DNA of 62,136 nt, filler included, from Platydemus manokwari (Eukaryota), in assembly GCA_037951405.1 (NCBI GenBank). It is 5 parts of 5 records of this genome, joined end to end, with 100 filler letters (N's around TTAATTAATTAA, not from the genome) between each part and the next. Parts side by side here need not be neighbours in the genome. Positions count along the whole stretch, not along the records: positions 32,213 to 42,835 come from JBBMOY011118663.1; positions 42,936 to 62,136 come from JBBMOY010055568.1; 3 more parts are not named here. One strand, given 5' to 3'. Made by a program: the position numbers and the translations under genes. The notes beneath the pieces were generated by a model. The model was not told the origin of the DNA. It searched no databases and saw nothing but the letters and a program-made list of their open reading frames with translations. Positions 39,021 through 52,000 of the stretch are shown piece after piece; the stretch's first letter is position 1; each line of letters starts with the position of its first letter.

Positions 39021-42000
39021 TAATATGAATAAAAAATAAATAAAGTGGAAACAGAAAAATTGTGGAAATATGATGACTTATAACCGTAGAGCAAGGGAGA
39101 GTGGTGGCGAATTGTCATTTTTATTCTTTAGTAGTTTTCTTCTATTGCATAGGATAAAATTAATCATTTAATAAGAATTTTTCGATTATCTAATAATGTT
39201 TGGTGGGTGTTTATTTTTGACATACACTTCCGATTAAAATATTAGAATATCGTTCCAAATTCGAAATAAGATTTGATAATAATTTTCAAAAAACAGTCTG
39301 ACATATTAATAATATGTTTTGTTGAATTCTCCAAGTAAAACAATGTTTTTATATTTTTATTCATACCAGCAGACACTGAAAATGTTTTATTACTAATTGC
39401 GTTATAATAAATACAAAGATTTTATTTATTTTATAAAAGAGAATTTTCTTGAAAAAATTGAAATCAAAAAGATTTACTGATTAAAAAGATTCTAAAACGA
39501 ATTTCTAAGATGAACTGAAAAATTAAAAAGCAACTAATAAATATAAAAAATAAAAATAAGGACCTTTAGAAAAAAATAATTAAATATGTTCAGTATATTT
39601 TGGTACATGCAATATGTCTGTAATAAAATTTATTATATCAATCATAGCAAAACAGCGGTATTTTCCATCCTAATTATTAGATAAGAGTGGTTAACTCAGT
39701 ATGGAGTTATTTTAATGGTATTCTTTTTCAGTATTACCACTGGTATTGTATTGAAAAGCTTTGATTGTATTAAAGGTAAAATACTGTCGAAACGAGTTTT
39801 GTTTTAAATATAAGCTGTTAGAGAAAATTTTATTAGATATGTCGAAATTTGTTTGGGAATTTTCTTTTAAATAATTTACCTCTGCAGCTTTACCTTGTCC
39901 ACCTTTGATAATTGGGAATTGTCTTGGTACAGAAATAAAACTTTTAATCAGAAAACAAACAATTAGAGTTAAACCTATAATAGAAATAGAATCAAGTAAA
40001 CGATCTTTGAATTTACTAGAAGTAGCAGGCTCAAGTTTTTGTGAATCCGCATAATCAAGAATTGTTGTATATGTATTAAAATTAAAAAAGAATATCAAAG
40101 CGATTTTTCAAAAGAAGGATCTCCTTTTACAATATGACGAAAAGTACTTACTTCCAGAGAGGTAACTACGTACAAAGAAAAAGCTGCTTACTTAGAAGAG
40201 AAACAAAAAAGGATACCGGAATATTTATTTTTAAATATAATAGAGCATTAGCAACCTATCATAATCAATCAAGATTCTGAATTCTCAGTATAAACTGGAA
40301 ATCGGAAGTCAAACCAATAAAAAAGACAACAGAATTGAGAAAGATGCATAATTCAAGTCTGAAATAAGGTAAAAATATATAAATAAAACTCGAAATAAAA
40401 CTAATACAGGATCAACCTTTAATATATCAAAAGCGTTTTTGGCCAAAAAGTTAGTTCTAGTTAGGCTATAAAAGGATGAAATGATGTGTTAATCGAGTTC
40501 CTTTATAATATAAAAATAATATACCCTAATTAAAAGTTTTGAAAATTAAAATGTAGCTATTTATTTATAAATCAACTTACATAAATGTGCTCCAATCGAT
40601 TCAGGACTTGAGGAATTTGCGATATCATAATAAAATTAATATAATTATTTTACTTTAAAAATATTTTAAAAAATTGTATAATTAGATTAATTTTAAATTT
40701 AAATGGTTTTTATTAAATTTATTTTTAACATTATCATTCATAAAGTAGATAGATGCTTGACTACTTTTACAATATTTATGTCGAAATATTTTTTAATTGC
40801 AAATAAAGTAAATTCATGAAATTCTAAATAAATATCAAAGAATAAGTGGTCACTTGTGGTAACTTGTTCCTATTAAAAGCCAAAATTCCTTTATCCAGAT
40901 AAATATATGGAATGTCATTTAATAGTAAAAAAATTTTAAATTATAAATAAATATTATATTGTAATATTTTATAAAGTTTATGTTTGTTTAAATAGATTTC
41001 CAAGGTTGCATTTTTACAATCATTATGAAACATGTTCTAACAAGTTAATATTAAGCTGATTAAATACAAATACTGTTTCAAAGATTTGGGTTGTTGGTTA
41101 TAATCACATGATCGTTTGACTTTTGTTCTCGTGCATTAATTCTTGTATTTATAATTTTAAATTGGATTTTATTTTTTATGTTTGTTCAATAATTTCTGGT
41201 CTTGGCCGTAGGATGAAGAAATCTAGTGTTCACATGTTAGATTTCGATATTTAATCAGATCAGTTACTCTGGATCACATTCATATATTAACCAAACATGC
41301 GACTTCATACGTAATTTTAACAGCAAATTATTTAAATCAAAATAAACTTTACACACTATTGTGTTTATCTTAGCACAAGTTTAATTTTACAATGATTCCA
41401 CTGGAAGTCCAATTCACGTCGATTTCTTCGTGAATTTCAGTTTAAAGATATTTTTATTGATAAATAAATAGTAAAATACAATATTTTATTGTACAAAATT
41501 CACTTTCTTTAAAAAATTAAGCAATTATTTACTGTTTGGTTTTATATAAATAACAATTTTTCAGATTTTCCATTGTTTTACATTTAATTATTTTCAGAAT
41601 GAAACTCGATTTTTTATACTACTTTGAGTCATTTATGATTCGGTTATGATTGTTCAACTAGTTGAATTCATTATGCTATTAGAGCACTTCATTTATCTTT
41701 GAAAATATATTCAATCGTATTATTGGTATCATTCAAAACATAAAATTGCTTAAAACATAAAATACTTTAACACCGCAATTTCAAATAAAGTTGAAATATT
41801 TAAGTAGTCTAGAAATAAAAATGACGTTCAGAAAAGGTTAATCATAGTAACTCAAATATATCTCAAGTAACACATGTGAGACATATTGGCAATGCTTAAT
41901 TGAATACGAATACATAAATATTAATAATAATAATAACAGAGAACAATGGAAAAGAATAGCAAGTAAACAATGACGAATTTATATGATTTTGAATATTTTC

Positions 42001-42835
42001 ACACTTTTACTCTAAGTAATTTCGACTTAATAACTTCTTTATTTTTAGCATAATAAATCATGTGAGTTGTTTGTTGTGAATTTTAAAAGTCAGTTATTAA
42101 CAAGTCCATTCCAAGTAACAGATCACGAGATTATCTTTAATTTAAGAGCTGAGTATAATCTTATCTACCAATTACAACTGCAAGAGAATTTTGTGTTTTT
42201 CTTGCTGGATTGTTTTAATTTTATCTAATAGTGGAATTAAGTCAAGAATAAGGTCCTCATTGAAGTTTCAAAAGGAAAGTACTTTGTCAAAATCCACAAC
42301 ACAGCTTTTAGTTTAATTTTGTCGATATGTATAAACCGACACAAATCAATAACTTATAATAAATTTTCGAATAAAATTTTCTCAAATTTCATCATCGATA
42401 CCATCCATGAAATATTCATAACTAAACATTCGGTCGAGAAAATAACAAAAATAGTCACTTTAATTTCTATATTTTGAGGTAAATTTTGGTAAAACTTATA
42501 TCATACAAAACACAATGGATAAGAAAGATGTTTTACCCATAGATTTACAATGATTGGATCAACATATCAATAAAATGTATAGGCTACAAGCTTATCCACT
42601 TGCTATTGGTTGAAAAATTAATAAATCATTATTGTTCTGATGCATCCAACACGATCGAGCACTTGTTTAAATCAATGATTTTAAATTATTTTGGAAAATA
42701 GAAAATTTACCAAATGGTATGATCTTATGATATTAGTTTTTATTTTAGTTTATTAAGGGCCTTTTTAATTCACATTATTTGATAATAATAATTTTAATAA
42801 TAATGATAATAATAATAATAATAATAATACTACCA

Positions 42836-42935
42836 NNNNNNNNNNNNNNNNNNNNNNNNNNNNNNNNNNNNNNNNNNNNTTAATTAATTAANNNNNNNNN
42901 NNNNNNNNNNNNNNNNNNNNNNNNNNNNNNNNNNN
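42836..42935. other. Artificial assembly spacer
   Basis: N44-TTAATTAATTAA-N44, preceded by (AAT)n. Confidence 0.95.
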
Positions 42936-43012
42936 GTTACTATGCAAAATGTACTTTAAATAAATAAATATTTTTCAAAAAAAACCGAAATTTTAAGGTT
43001 ATACACCTAATA
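42936..43012 (-). mobile_element. Mariner-type element end with TA target, in a dynein intron
   Basis: Reverse-complement identical to 21078-21148; ends ...atacacctaa-TA. Confidence 0.8.
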
Positions 43013-43044
43013 ATAATTGTATGATATTAATTTTCCATATTTAG

Positions 43045-46000
43045 ATTACTGGAACCAAAAATGTTGTTCAAGCTACCAGTCTTAAAGGTTTAATTGAAAG
43101 ATTGGAAACAATCCAGAGTCAACTGGGTGAATGTGAAAAGGCACTCATGGATTATATGGAGACAAAGCGTCTAGCATTCCCTCGATTTTATTTTGTTTCT
43201 CACAATGATCTTTTAGATATTTTATCTCATGGAAATGAACCAGAAATTGTAGACTATTTTTTATATATTATTAATAATTATTATTATGTTATAGGTTATG
43301 AAGCATTTGACAAAACTTTTCGATAGTATGGCAAAGTTAAAGTTTTCTGATCATAGCAAACCTGAAGGAAAAAAAGATTCGATTAAAACAGCAATAACGA
43401 TGTACAGCAAAGATGGAGAGAAAGTTGATTTTTCTGAACCAGTACTATTGGAAGGTCGGGTGGAACAATGGTTAACAAAATTGCTGAAATATATGAGAAA
43501 TACTATGAGATACCGTCTTTCGGAAGCTGTAGCTGTACATGAAGAAAAACCTCGAGATCAGTGGCTATTTGAATTTCCAGCACAAGTGGCACTATCTAAT
43601 TCTCAAATTGGATGGGCCAGTGAAACCCAGTTAGCGTTCCAAAGATTAGAAGAAGGATTTGAAAATGCTTTGAAGGATTTCAATAAAAAACAGGTACGAA
43701 ATTGGATTGACACGATTTTTAATCGTAAAAACTTTAGATCACCAATCTAAATGCGTTAATTACAATGCTTGTCAAAGATCTCAGTGCAGAGGATAGACAG
43801 AAAATAATGACGATTTGTACCATTGATGTTCATAATCGAGATGTTATTGCCAAACTCATTAACCAGAAAGTGGAAAATGCTGAAGCTTTCACTTGGCTTT
43901 CCCAATTACGACATCGGTAAAAATAAGGAATTCATCAATTGTTTTTATTTCTGTGATATATTTTAGTTGGGATGAAACTTTAAAGGACTGCTATGCCAAT
44001 ATCTGCGACGCTGAATTCCTGTATTATCACGAATATCTTGGAAATACTCCGCGATTAGTTATTACTCCGCTAACTGATCGGTGTTATATCACGTTGACCC
44101 AATCGTTGCACTTGTTCATGAGTGGTGCTCCAGCCGGGCCTGCAGGTACTGGTAAAACCGAAACCACTAAAGATTTAGGCCGAGCACTTGGAATGATGGT
44201 CTATGTTTACAATTGTTCAGAACAGATGGATTACAAATCTATTGGTAAAATAAAATGATATATTTCAAAATTTTAGTTAGTTCATTTTGACATTCATTCA
44301 TGATTTGTGAACACTTACTTCTACGTTGACATATTCGTTTCAATAACCAGTTCAGAGCTCGGTAAATTGTTCCAGTTATATTATGATTATTATTATAAAT
44401 TTTTGTATCGTTTCTGCTTTGCACCAGTCTTTGTTCCATAAGTTTTCGAACAAAAAATTAAAAAAATATTAAGTACAAACAATATTTCTGCTTATGTTTT
44501 CTTCAGCTGGCTAATCTCAACAGAATTTAATATTTCGTAAGAATAAATTTTAATCCTTATTATAACTAACAAGTTAATTTGATAATAACTGTATAAAAAC
44601 TAGTTAGAACTTGAAATTTTCTTTTAAGGTAACATTTACAAAGGCTTGGCTCAATGTGGAGCATGGGGATGCTTTGATGAATTCAATAGAATATCAGTTG
44701 AAGTTCTTTCTGTTGTTGCAGTTCAAGTTAAATGTATCCAAGATGCATTGAAAGCTCTTACTCCAGAACAAATGCTGGGTGCCAATGATGAATATTTGAC
44801 ATTTAAATTTCTAGGAGAAACCATAACTATTGCTCCAACAGTGGGAATCTTTATCACGATGAATCCAGGTTATGCTGGGAGGACTGAGTTACCAGAAAAT
44901 TTGAAAGTTTGGATAATTCAAATTCATTTTTCCTGCAATTTATTCCATCATAATTTTCCAGGCCCTTTTCCGACCATGTGCAATGGTGGTACCAGACTTT
45001 GACTTAATCTGTGAAATCATGCTTGTAGCTGAAGGATTTTTAGAGGCCAGGCTATTGGCTAGAAAATTTATTACACTTTACAATTTATGCCGTGAATTAC
45101 TAAGCAAACAAGATCATTATGATTGGGGATTACGAGCTATCAAATCGGTGTTGGTTGTAGCAGGAGGTTTGAAGAGAAATGATAGAGAACGACCAGAAGA
45201 TCAAGTTCTCATGCGAGCCCTGAGAGACTTCAATACACCGAAAATTGTCACTGATGATCTTCCAATATTTATGGGATTGATTGGAGATTTATTTCCCGCA
45301 CTTGATGTACCAAGAAAAAGAAATTCGGAATTTGAAGCCGAAATCAAAAAGGCTGTTATCGAGTATCATTTGCAACCAGAAGATAATTTTATTTTAAAAG
45401 TAAATATTTACCATTTGAGTCAAACATAAAAATATTACGTCTGCAGGTCGTACAATTACAGGAATTATTTGATGTGCGTCACTCTGTTTTTATAGTCGGT
45501 AATGCTGGTACTGGAAAGACTAATGTTTGGAGAACTCTTAATAGAACATATAAAAGAGCCAATAAAAAACCAATAGCAATTGATATTAATCCTAAAGCCG
45601 TTACTAACGACGAGTTATTTGGAATAATTAATCCTGCAACGAGAGAGTGGAAAGATGGTACGTTACCGAAAATTTGGGTCATCTAATAATCAATTTTTAA
45701 AACAAAGTTCTACATTAATGTATAAATCATGACCATGTTTTGTTGATTGAAATATTTACTAAGAATTCTACTATTAAAACATCATTCATTCATAATTAAA
45801 CCAAATACTAAAGTTCTTTATCACTTATTAAAAATTGAACAAGTTTTCCATTAACTTGGATATGGCCCTCATATCTGATAGTACTACTGAAATTTTCAAT
45901 TGATCACACTGTTATTATTATAATAAGTATTTTATTGGATTCATGGTTTTCAAATAAATTCAAACAGATATTTCTGTTGATTTAAAATAGATCCAAATCT

Positions 46001-49000
46001 AAGAAACTAATATTATTAAAATCCAAAAAATTCGCAAACCATTAGAAAATTATAACCTTATATGAATATAATTCTATGCTACTAAATGCATACATTTTAA
46101 TTTGAATAAAGCTATAATATCCCGAGTATTAGGCAAAAGATTAAAGATATTATTTTCAATATATCAATATTTTGATTTAACTAATTGATTGAATGATAAT
46201 AAAATCTCTAGTGGTCAAATTTCTACTATTAACACAATATTATGAAAGAAGACTTTATTGAATTTGAATTGGAATGAATGAAGTTCATAATTTTTAAATT
46301 ATTTCAAAAATTGTTTGTGCTACAATGCAAAGAGTTGTAAATACACTAGACAATATTAAATAAATTAACCAATAAGCCTTTCAGAATAGATAAATATTGA
46401 TAAATATATTATAAAGTCATGAGTCTCTTGAGATTCTCATCGAAACGATATCTATAATCCAGTTAAATTGTTAATCTCATAATAAATTCTATTGTGTTTT
46501 CTTCATTTTTATTAGACACTCAGTTATTTATCACCCAAACAATGTGAAATCCAGTACCAAAAACTAGGTCAAATTTTGTTAATTTGAATTCAGTTTATTT
46601 GTAGAAATAGAGCAGTATAAATGAGCGGCTTATTCTAATTGTCAGTTTATTCTCACCGATGGAACTCCATAACAGACAGATAAATTATAAAGATTAATTG
46701 TATCGAAATTGTTCACAAAGTTTTTACAGTGATGAATGAATTAAATGTTAAGAATTACTCAATCATTATCATATAAAGTTCTCACAAAATAATTGTAGTT
46801 CGACGGTACCATGATGGGGGGGGTAAATAAAATTGATATATGGATCACGAGAGGTCAAATGAACTTTCTATTATCGTGTAAACAATTATTTTTAGGTCTT
46901 TTTTCTGTGGTGATGAGAGATTTGGCTAATATACAACATGATGGACCTAAATGGATTGTTTTAGATGGTGATATCGATCCGATGTGGATCGAGTCATTGA
47001 ATACAGTGATGGATGACAATAAGGTTTTAACTTTAGCTAGTAATGAACGAATACCTTTGACTCCATCGATGAGGCTTTTATTTGAGATTAGTCATTTAAA
47101 GACAGCCACCCCAGCCACAGTTTCGCGTGCTGGAATTCTTTATATTAATCCAACTGTAAGTATTAAATTAAATGGATATATGAACAAAAAACCAAATATT
47201 TTCCTTAGGATCTTGGTTGGCAGCCTTTTGTTACGAGTTGGATCAACAAACGTGAAGCTCAAACTGAGCAAGCCAATTTGACAGTTTTATTTGACAAATA
47301 CGTACCAATGTGCCTTGAAGCTATGAAATCAAAATTCCAAAAGATTACTCCAGTTCCTGAAATCAGTCAAGTAGAAATGCTTTGTAAACTTCTTGATTGT
47401 CTGTTAACACAAGAAAATGGCATTGTTCCAAATGATGCCTCAAAGGAGTTATATGAATTGTATTTTGTGTTTTGTTGTGTTTGGGCTTTCGGAGGCTGCA
47501 CATTCCAAGATCAAGTATATCACTATGGGTTTTTTATTTTGTCATTATTTAAAATAAATTAACTATCGAATAAAGGGAATTTTATATATTTAACAGTGCG
47601 ATATTCGAATTTATATTCAGTTTCATATGATCTGATGTGCTTAATATAGGTTTATGTAAAATTTACTTTTTGTTGCCATTGAAATCTCTAGTTTATTGAT
47701 GTAAAGAAAAATGCCGACATAGAATCTAAGTTCCAATAGGTTTTCACATCCCAGTGGTTAGTGTGAAGATGAATTAAGTGGCAGTGCTTTAAAACCTTTT
47801 AATCAGTGATTTATATAATGTTGGTTTCAAGATCTTTATCAATAACTATGTGTAAAAGGTTTTCCAAAGCGGTATTTCGATAAGGATTTTAGATTATTGA
47901 TTTTGTCTATGGCTAAATCAGTACACCCTCACAATTCCTTCGATTATATATGTCATTTATTTTTGACAACTAGCTTCACATTTTCGTATTAATCTTAGCT
48001 CATCGATCATCGAGTTGAATTTTCAAGATGGTTCACTACTGAATTCAAATTTGTCAAATTTCCTAAAGATTCACTCGTTTTTGATGTTTTCATTGATCCG
48101 TCAACGAAGAAATTTGAACCCTGGCAGAAGAAAGTCCCGACATTTGAATTGAATATCGAGACTCCATTACAGGTAGATGATATTATAAATAAAATCTATG
48201 ATTATCTTCAAATGATTGATTGATTCAGTCCACTCTGGTGTACACAAGCGAAACGGTGCGATTGAAATATTTCCTTGATTTGCTAATTGCTAAAAAGCAT
48301 CCTGTTATGCTTGTCGGAAATGCCGGAACTGGTAAAACGGTATTGATGCAGGTAATGAAAACAACTATCTTATCTTCTTTCATTTGAATAAATGATTCTT
48401 TAGGATAAATTGAGATCGCTAGTGGAAACTACCGATTCGTATATGGTTGCCAATGTTCCATTTAATTTTTATACAACCAGCGCTATGCTTCAAAGGGTCC
48501 TTGAAAAACCATTAGAAAAGAAAGCAGGAAAGAATTTTGGACCACCGGGAAATAGACAATTAATTTATTTTGTTGATGATTTAAATATGCCAGAAGTTGA
48601 TAAATATTTTACGGTACAACCACATACGTTGATGAGGCAACACTTGGACTACAATCATTGGTATGACCGAAACAAATTGACACTCAAAGAAGTACACAAT
48701 ACCTTGTATGTTGCTTGTATGAATCCAACAGCGGGCAGTTTCTCAGTCAATCCGAGACTACAAGTAATATTATTTGCGAATTTCACAAAATGAATATGTT
48801 GGTGTGTTTTCGTTAAATTCTAAGTGCTTGATCACCTAATAATACACACACAGGAAAGCCTGTTGTCTTTACGAGGGATATTAGTACCAATTCTTTATTA
48901 ATATAATTATTTATTAAAATTTATTTATGCTTTCGAGTTAATTAAAAGTAGACGATGTTATTTAAAATAATCATTAAAAATCAATTCAATCTGATTATTT

Positions 49001-52000
49001 TTTCCCATTTTACACTTATAAGGTTGTTTATTTGTAATTGGTCTTTGTTTTATCGTCATGGCAACTACAATCATATTTGAATAAGATGGTCATTTTATCG
49101 GTGTAAGTTAAGAGAAAGAATCCTTTGGCCTACTTTCGTTATAATGAATTTTCGCGCATGAGATAAATTTAACTTAATTTTATATATTACTGCTATGTTT
49201 GATTTATTTGTATAATTAAGTTAATATCTTATTTTTTAGGTTATCAAATAGAGACAAAACATAGTTTTAAAACCAAGTTCCCATTCTAATCACAACACTT
49301 CTGTATGATTATTTGAGTTTTTAAATTTTTAGAATTATAAGTCGATTTAGTTAATTACAGACATGTTTAATAACATCATTGGTTATTTTTATAAAATAGT
49401 TGTAAAAATTGAGAATATTTCACAATTTGCTTCTAATGTTAAAAAAGGAGTCCTTGCTAATTTTCAATAAATTGCGATTCGACCTACTTTTTTCATTTTT
49501 TCAAATAACCAAGTTTTAGGAGATATTTATTGTGGTCTATTTCATATTTGATTTCAAACAACTAAAATACTTCTGAAGTACTTGAATAAAAAATTCAAAA
49601 TGGTTTTGAAGAATTTAATTAAATAATTTATATAGAATTTTGCAATACACTCAAAAAATTAAAAATTTCATTTTAGATCATTTTTGACTTTAGCGGTTCT
49701 ACAGCTATCACTTGTCTTAGCTGGATGATTACATCTTTCTAATAAACATATTTTAAACCAAAATATCTTTATTAAATTACCGCTATTTCATCAGATATGT
49801 TAAATTCAAAATCAAGTCTGAGTATATTCTAGCAAGAGAAATTAGATGATATATTTTGTGATGTGCCTTAATGGCAATATTTTTAATTTATTTAAATATC
49901 CTTAATAATAATGGATAATTGTGATTATTCAGAGACATTTTTGCTTGTTTGCTATGTCTTTTCCCGGAGAAGAAGCTTTGGAGACCATTTATGCTAGCAT
50001 TCTTAACCAACATTTATCATCAGATATTGCTTCACAAGAATTTACTATTGATTTAAAACGAATGCACGTAGCTAAAGAACTTGTATGTTGCGCGTTGAAT
50101 CTACAGCAAAAAATAACCTCCAATTTCCTTCCTACTGCTGTCAAATTTCATTATACATTCAATCTTCGAGATTTGAGTAATATCTTCCAGGTAATTTTCA
50201 TAAAACCAGAATTCCATGATGTATATCTATAAGGGTATTTTATTTTCCACTCCTGACTGTGTCAAAAACAAAATAGCATTGGCTAGACTATGGCTCCACG
50301 AATCTGAGAGAGTGTATTGTGATAAATTGGTAGATGATGATGATTTGGCGAAATATCAACAAATAGTGAAAGAAATTTCGAAAAAATATTTATCGGATTG
50401 GTTTAGTAGCGCTGATGATGAATTATGGAAGCAACCATTGCTTTATTGTCATTATGCCAGACATGTTGGTGATGAACGCTATATGCCTGTTGAATCAATG
50501 GAAGGTATCAAAAAGATTTTAACGGAAGCCCTTGAAACGTACAATGAAACCAATGCAGCAATGAATTTGGTTCTGTTTCAAGATGCTATTCAGCATGTAT
50601 TGAGAATAAGCCGTATTTTACAATCTCCTCGAGGTAATGCACTTTTAATTGGAGTTGGAGGAAGTGGTAAACAATCATTATCACGCTTATCTGCTTATCT
50701 ATCTTCGCTGGAAGTGTTCCAAGTAGAAATTAATATCACAAATTATATTTTCTATTAAATATATATTGATTTTCTCATCAGGTTACTCTCAGAAAAGGTT
50801 ATGGAATACCAGAATTGAAACAAGATTTAGGACAACTTTATATCAAGACTGGACAGAAGAATATAGGGACTGTTTTCCTATTAACAGATGCGCAAATTGC
50901 TGATGAAAAGTTTCTGGTCTTAGTTAATGATTTACTAGCATCTGGAGAAATCACAGACTTATTTCCTGATGACGATGTGGAGAATATATGTAATGGATTG
51001 AGAAATGAAGTTAAAGGCCAAGGCATTCAGGACACGAAAGAGAATTGCTGGCGATTCTTTATTGAAAGAGTTCAACAAATGCTCAAAGTATAATATTGNN
51101 NNNNNNNNNNNNNNNNNNNNNNNNNNNNNNNNNNNNNNNNNNNNNNNNNNNNNNNNNNNNNNNNNNNNNNNNNNNNNNNNNNNNNNNNNNNNNNNNNNNN
51201 NNNNNNNNNNNNNNNNNNNNNNNNNNNNNNNNNNNNNNNNNNNNNNNNNNNNNNNNNNNNNNNATTATAACGTTTTTTATTATTATTGTTGTTAGTAAAA
51301 TTATTATGAAGTGCTATTATTATTAAAATTATTATTATTGTTATATTTATAATTATTTTTATTAAAATTATTATTAAAATTATTATTGTTGTTGTTGTTA
51401 GTATAATTATTATATTAATTTTAAAGAACAAAATCTATTTTAAGGTTATTCTTTGTTTCTCTCCTGTTGGTATGACATTAAGAGTGAGGGCAAGAAAATT
51501 CCCAGCCCTTGTCAATTGTACAAACATAGACTGGTTTCATGAGTGGCCAGAACAAGCCTTAATATCAGTATCAAGAAGATTTTTAGAAGATTTCAAATTA
51601 CTTGACGTAAATCAATTTCAATGAAAATATTTTTTTTATTTCTTTTTCAAGGATGAATTGAAAGATTCAACATCAGAATTTCTTGCTTTTGCTCAGAAAT
51701 CCGTGAATGAAATGAGTTTATCATATTTATCAAACGATCGTAGATATAATTACACAACTCCAAAATCATTTCTGCAACAAATCACTCTTTATGAGAATCT
51801 TTTGAATCAGAAAAATGATCAATTACTGGCAAATATCAGTCGACTTGAAAATGGTTTAACAAAACTAGAGTCCACAGCTGAGCAGGTTGATTTTATCAAA
51901 TTCATTAATTCATGAAAACATATTTTGTTTTTTCTTGTAAATAGGTTGATGCACTCAAAGCAAAATTAGCTGATCAAGAAGAAGAAGTGGAAATAAGGAA

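Noticed and set aside
21078-43010. 22 kb composite transposon carrying a P450
   Set aside because: Outer flanks are unrelated and three artificial joins lie inside; separate insertions are simpler.
51005-51431. ORFs containing X runs or poly-Ile
   Set aside because: Artefacts of the N gap and (ATT)n microsatellite.
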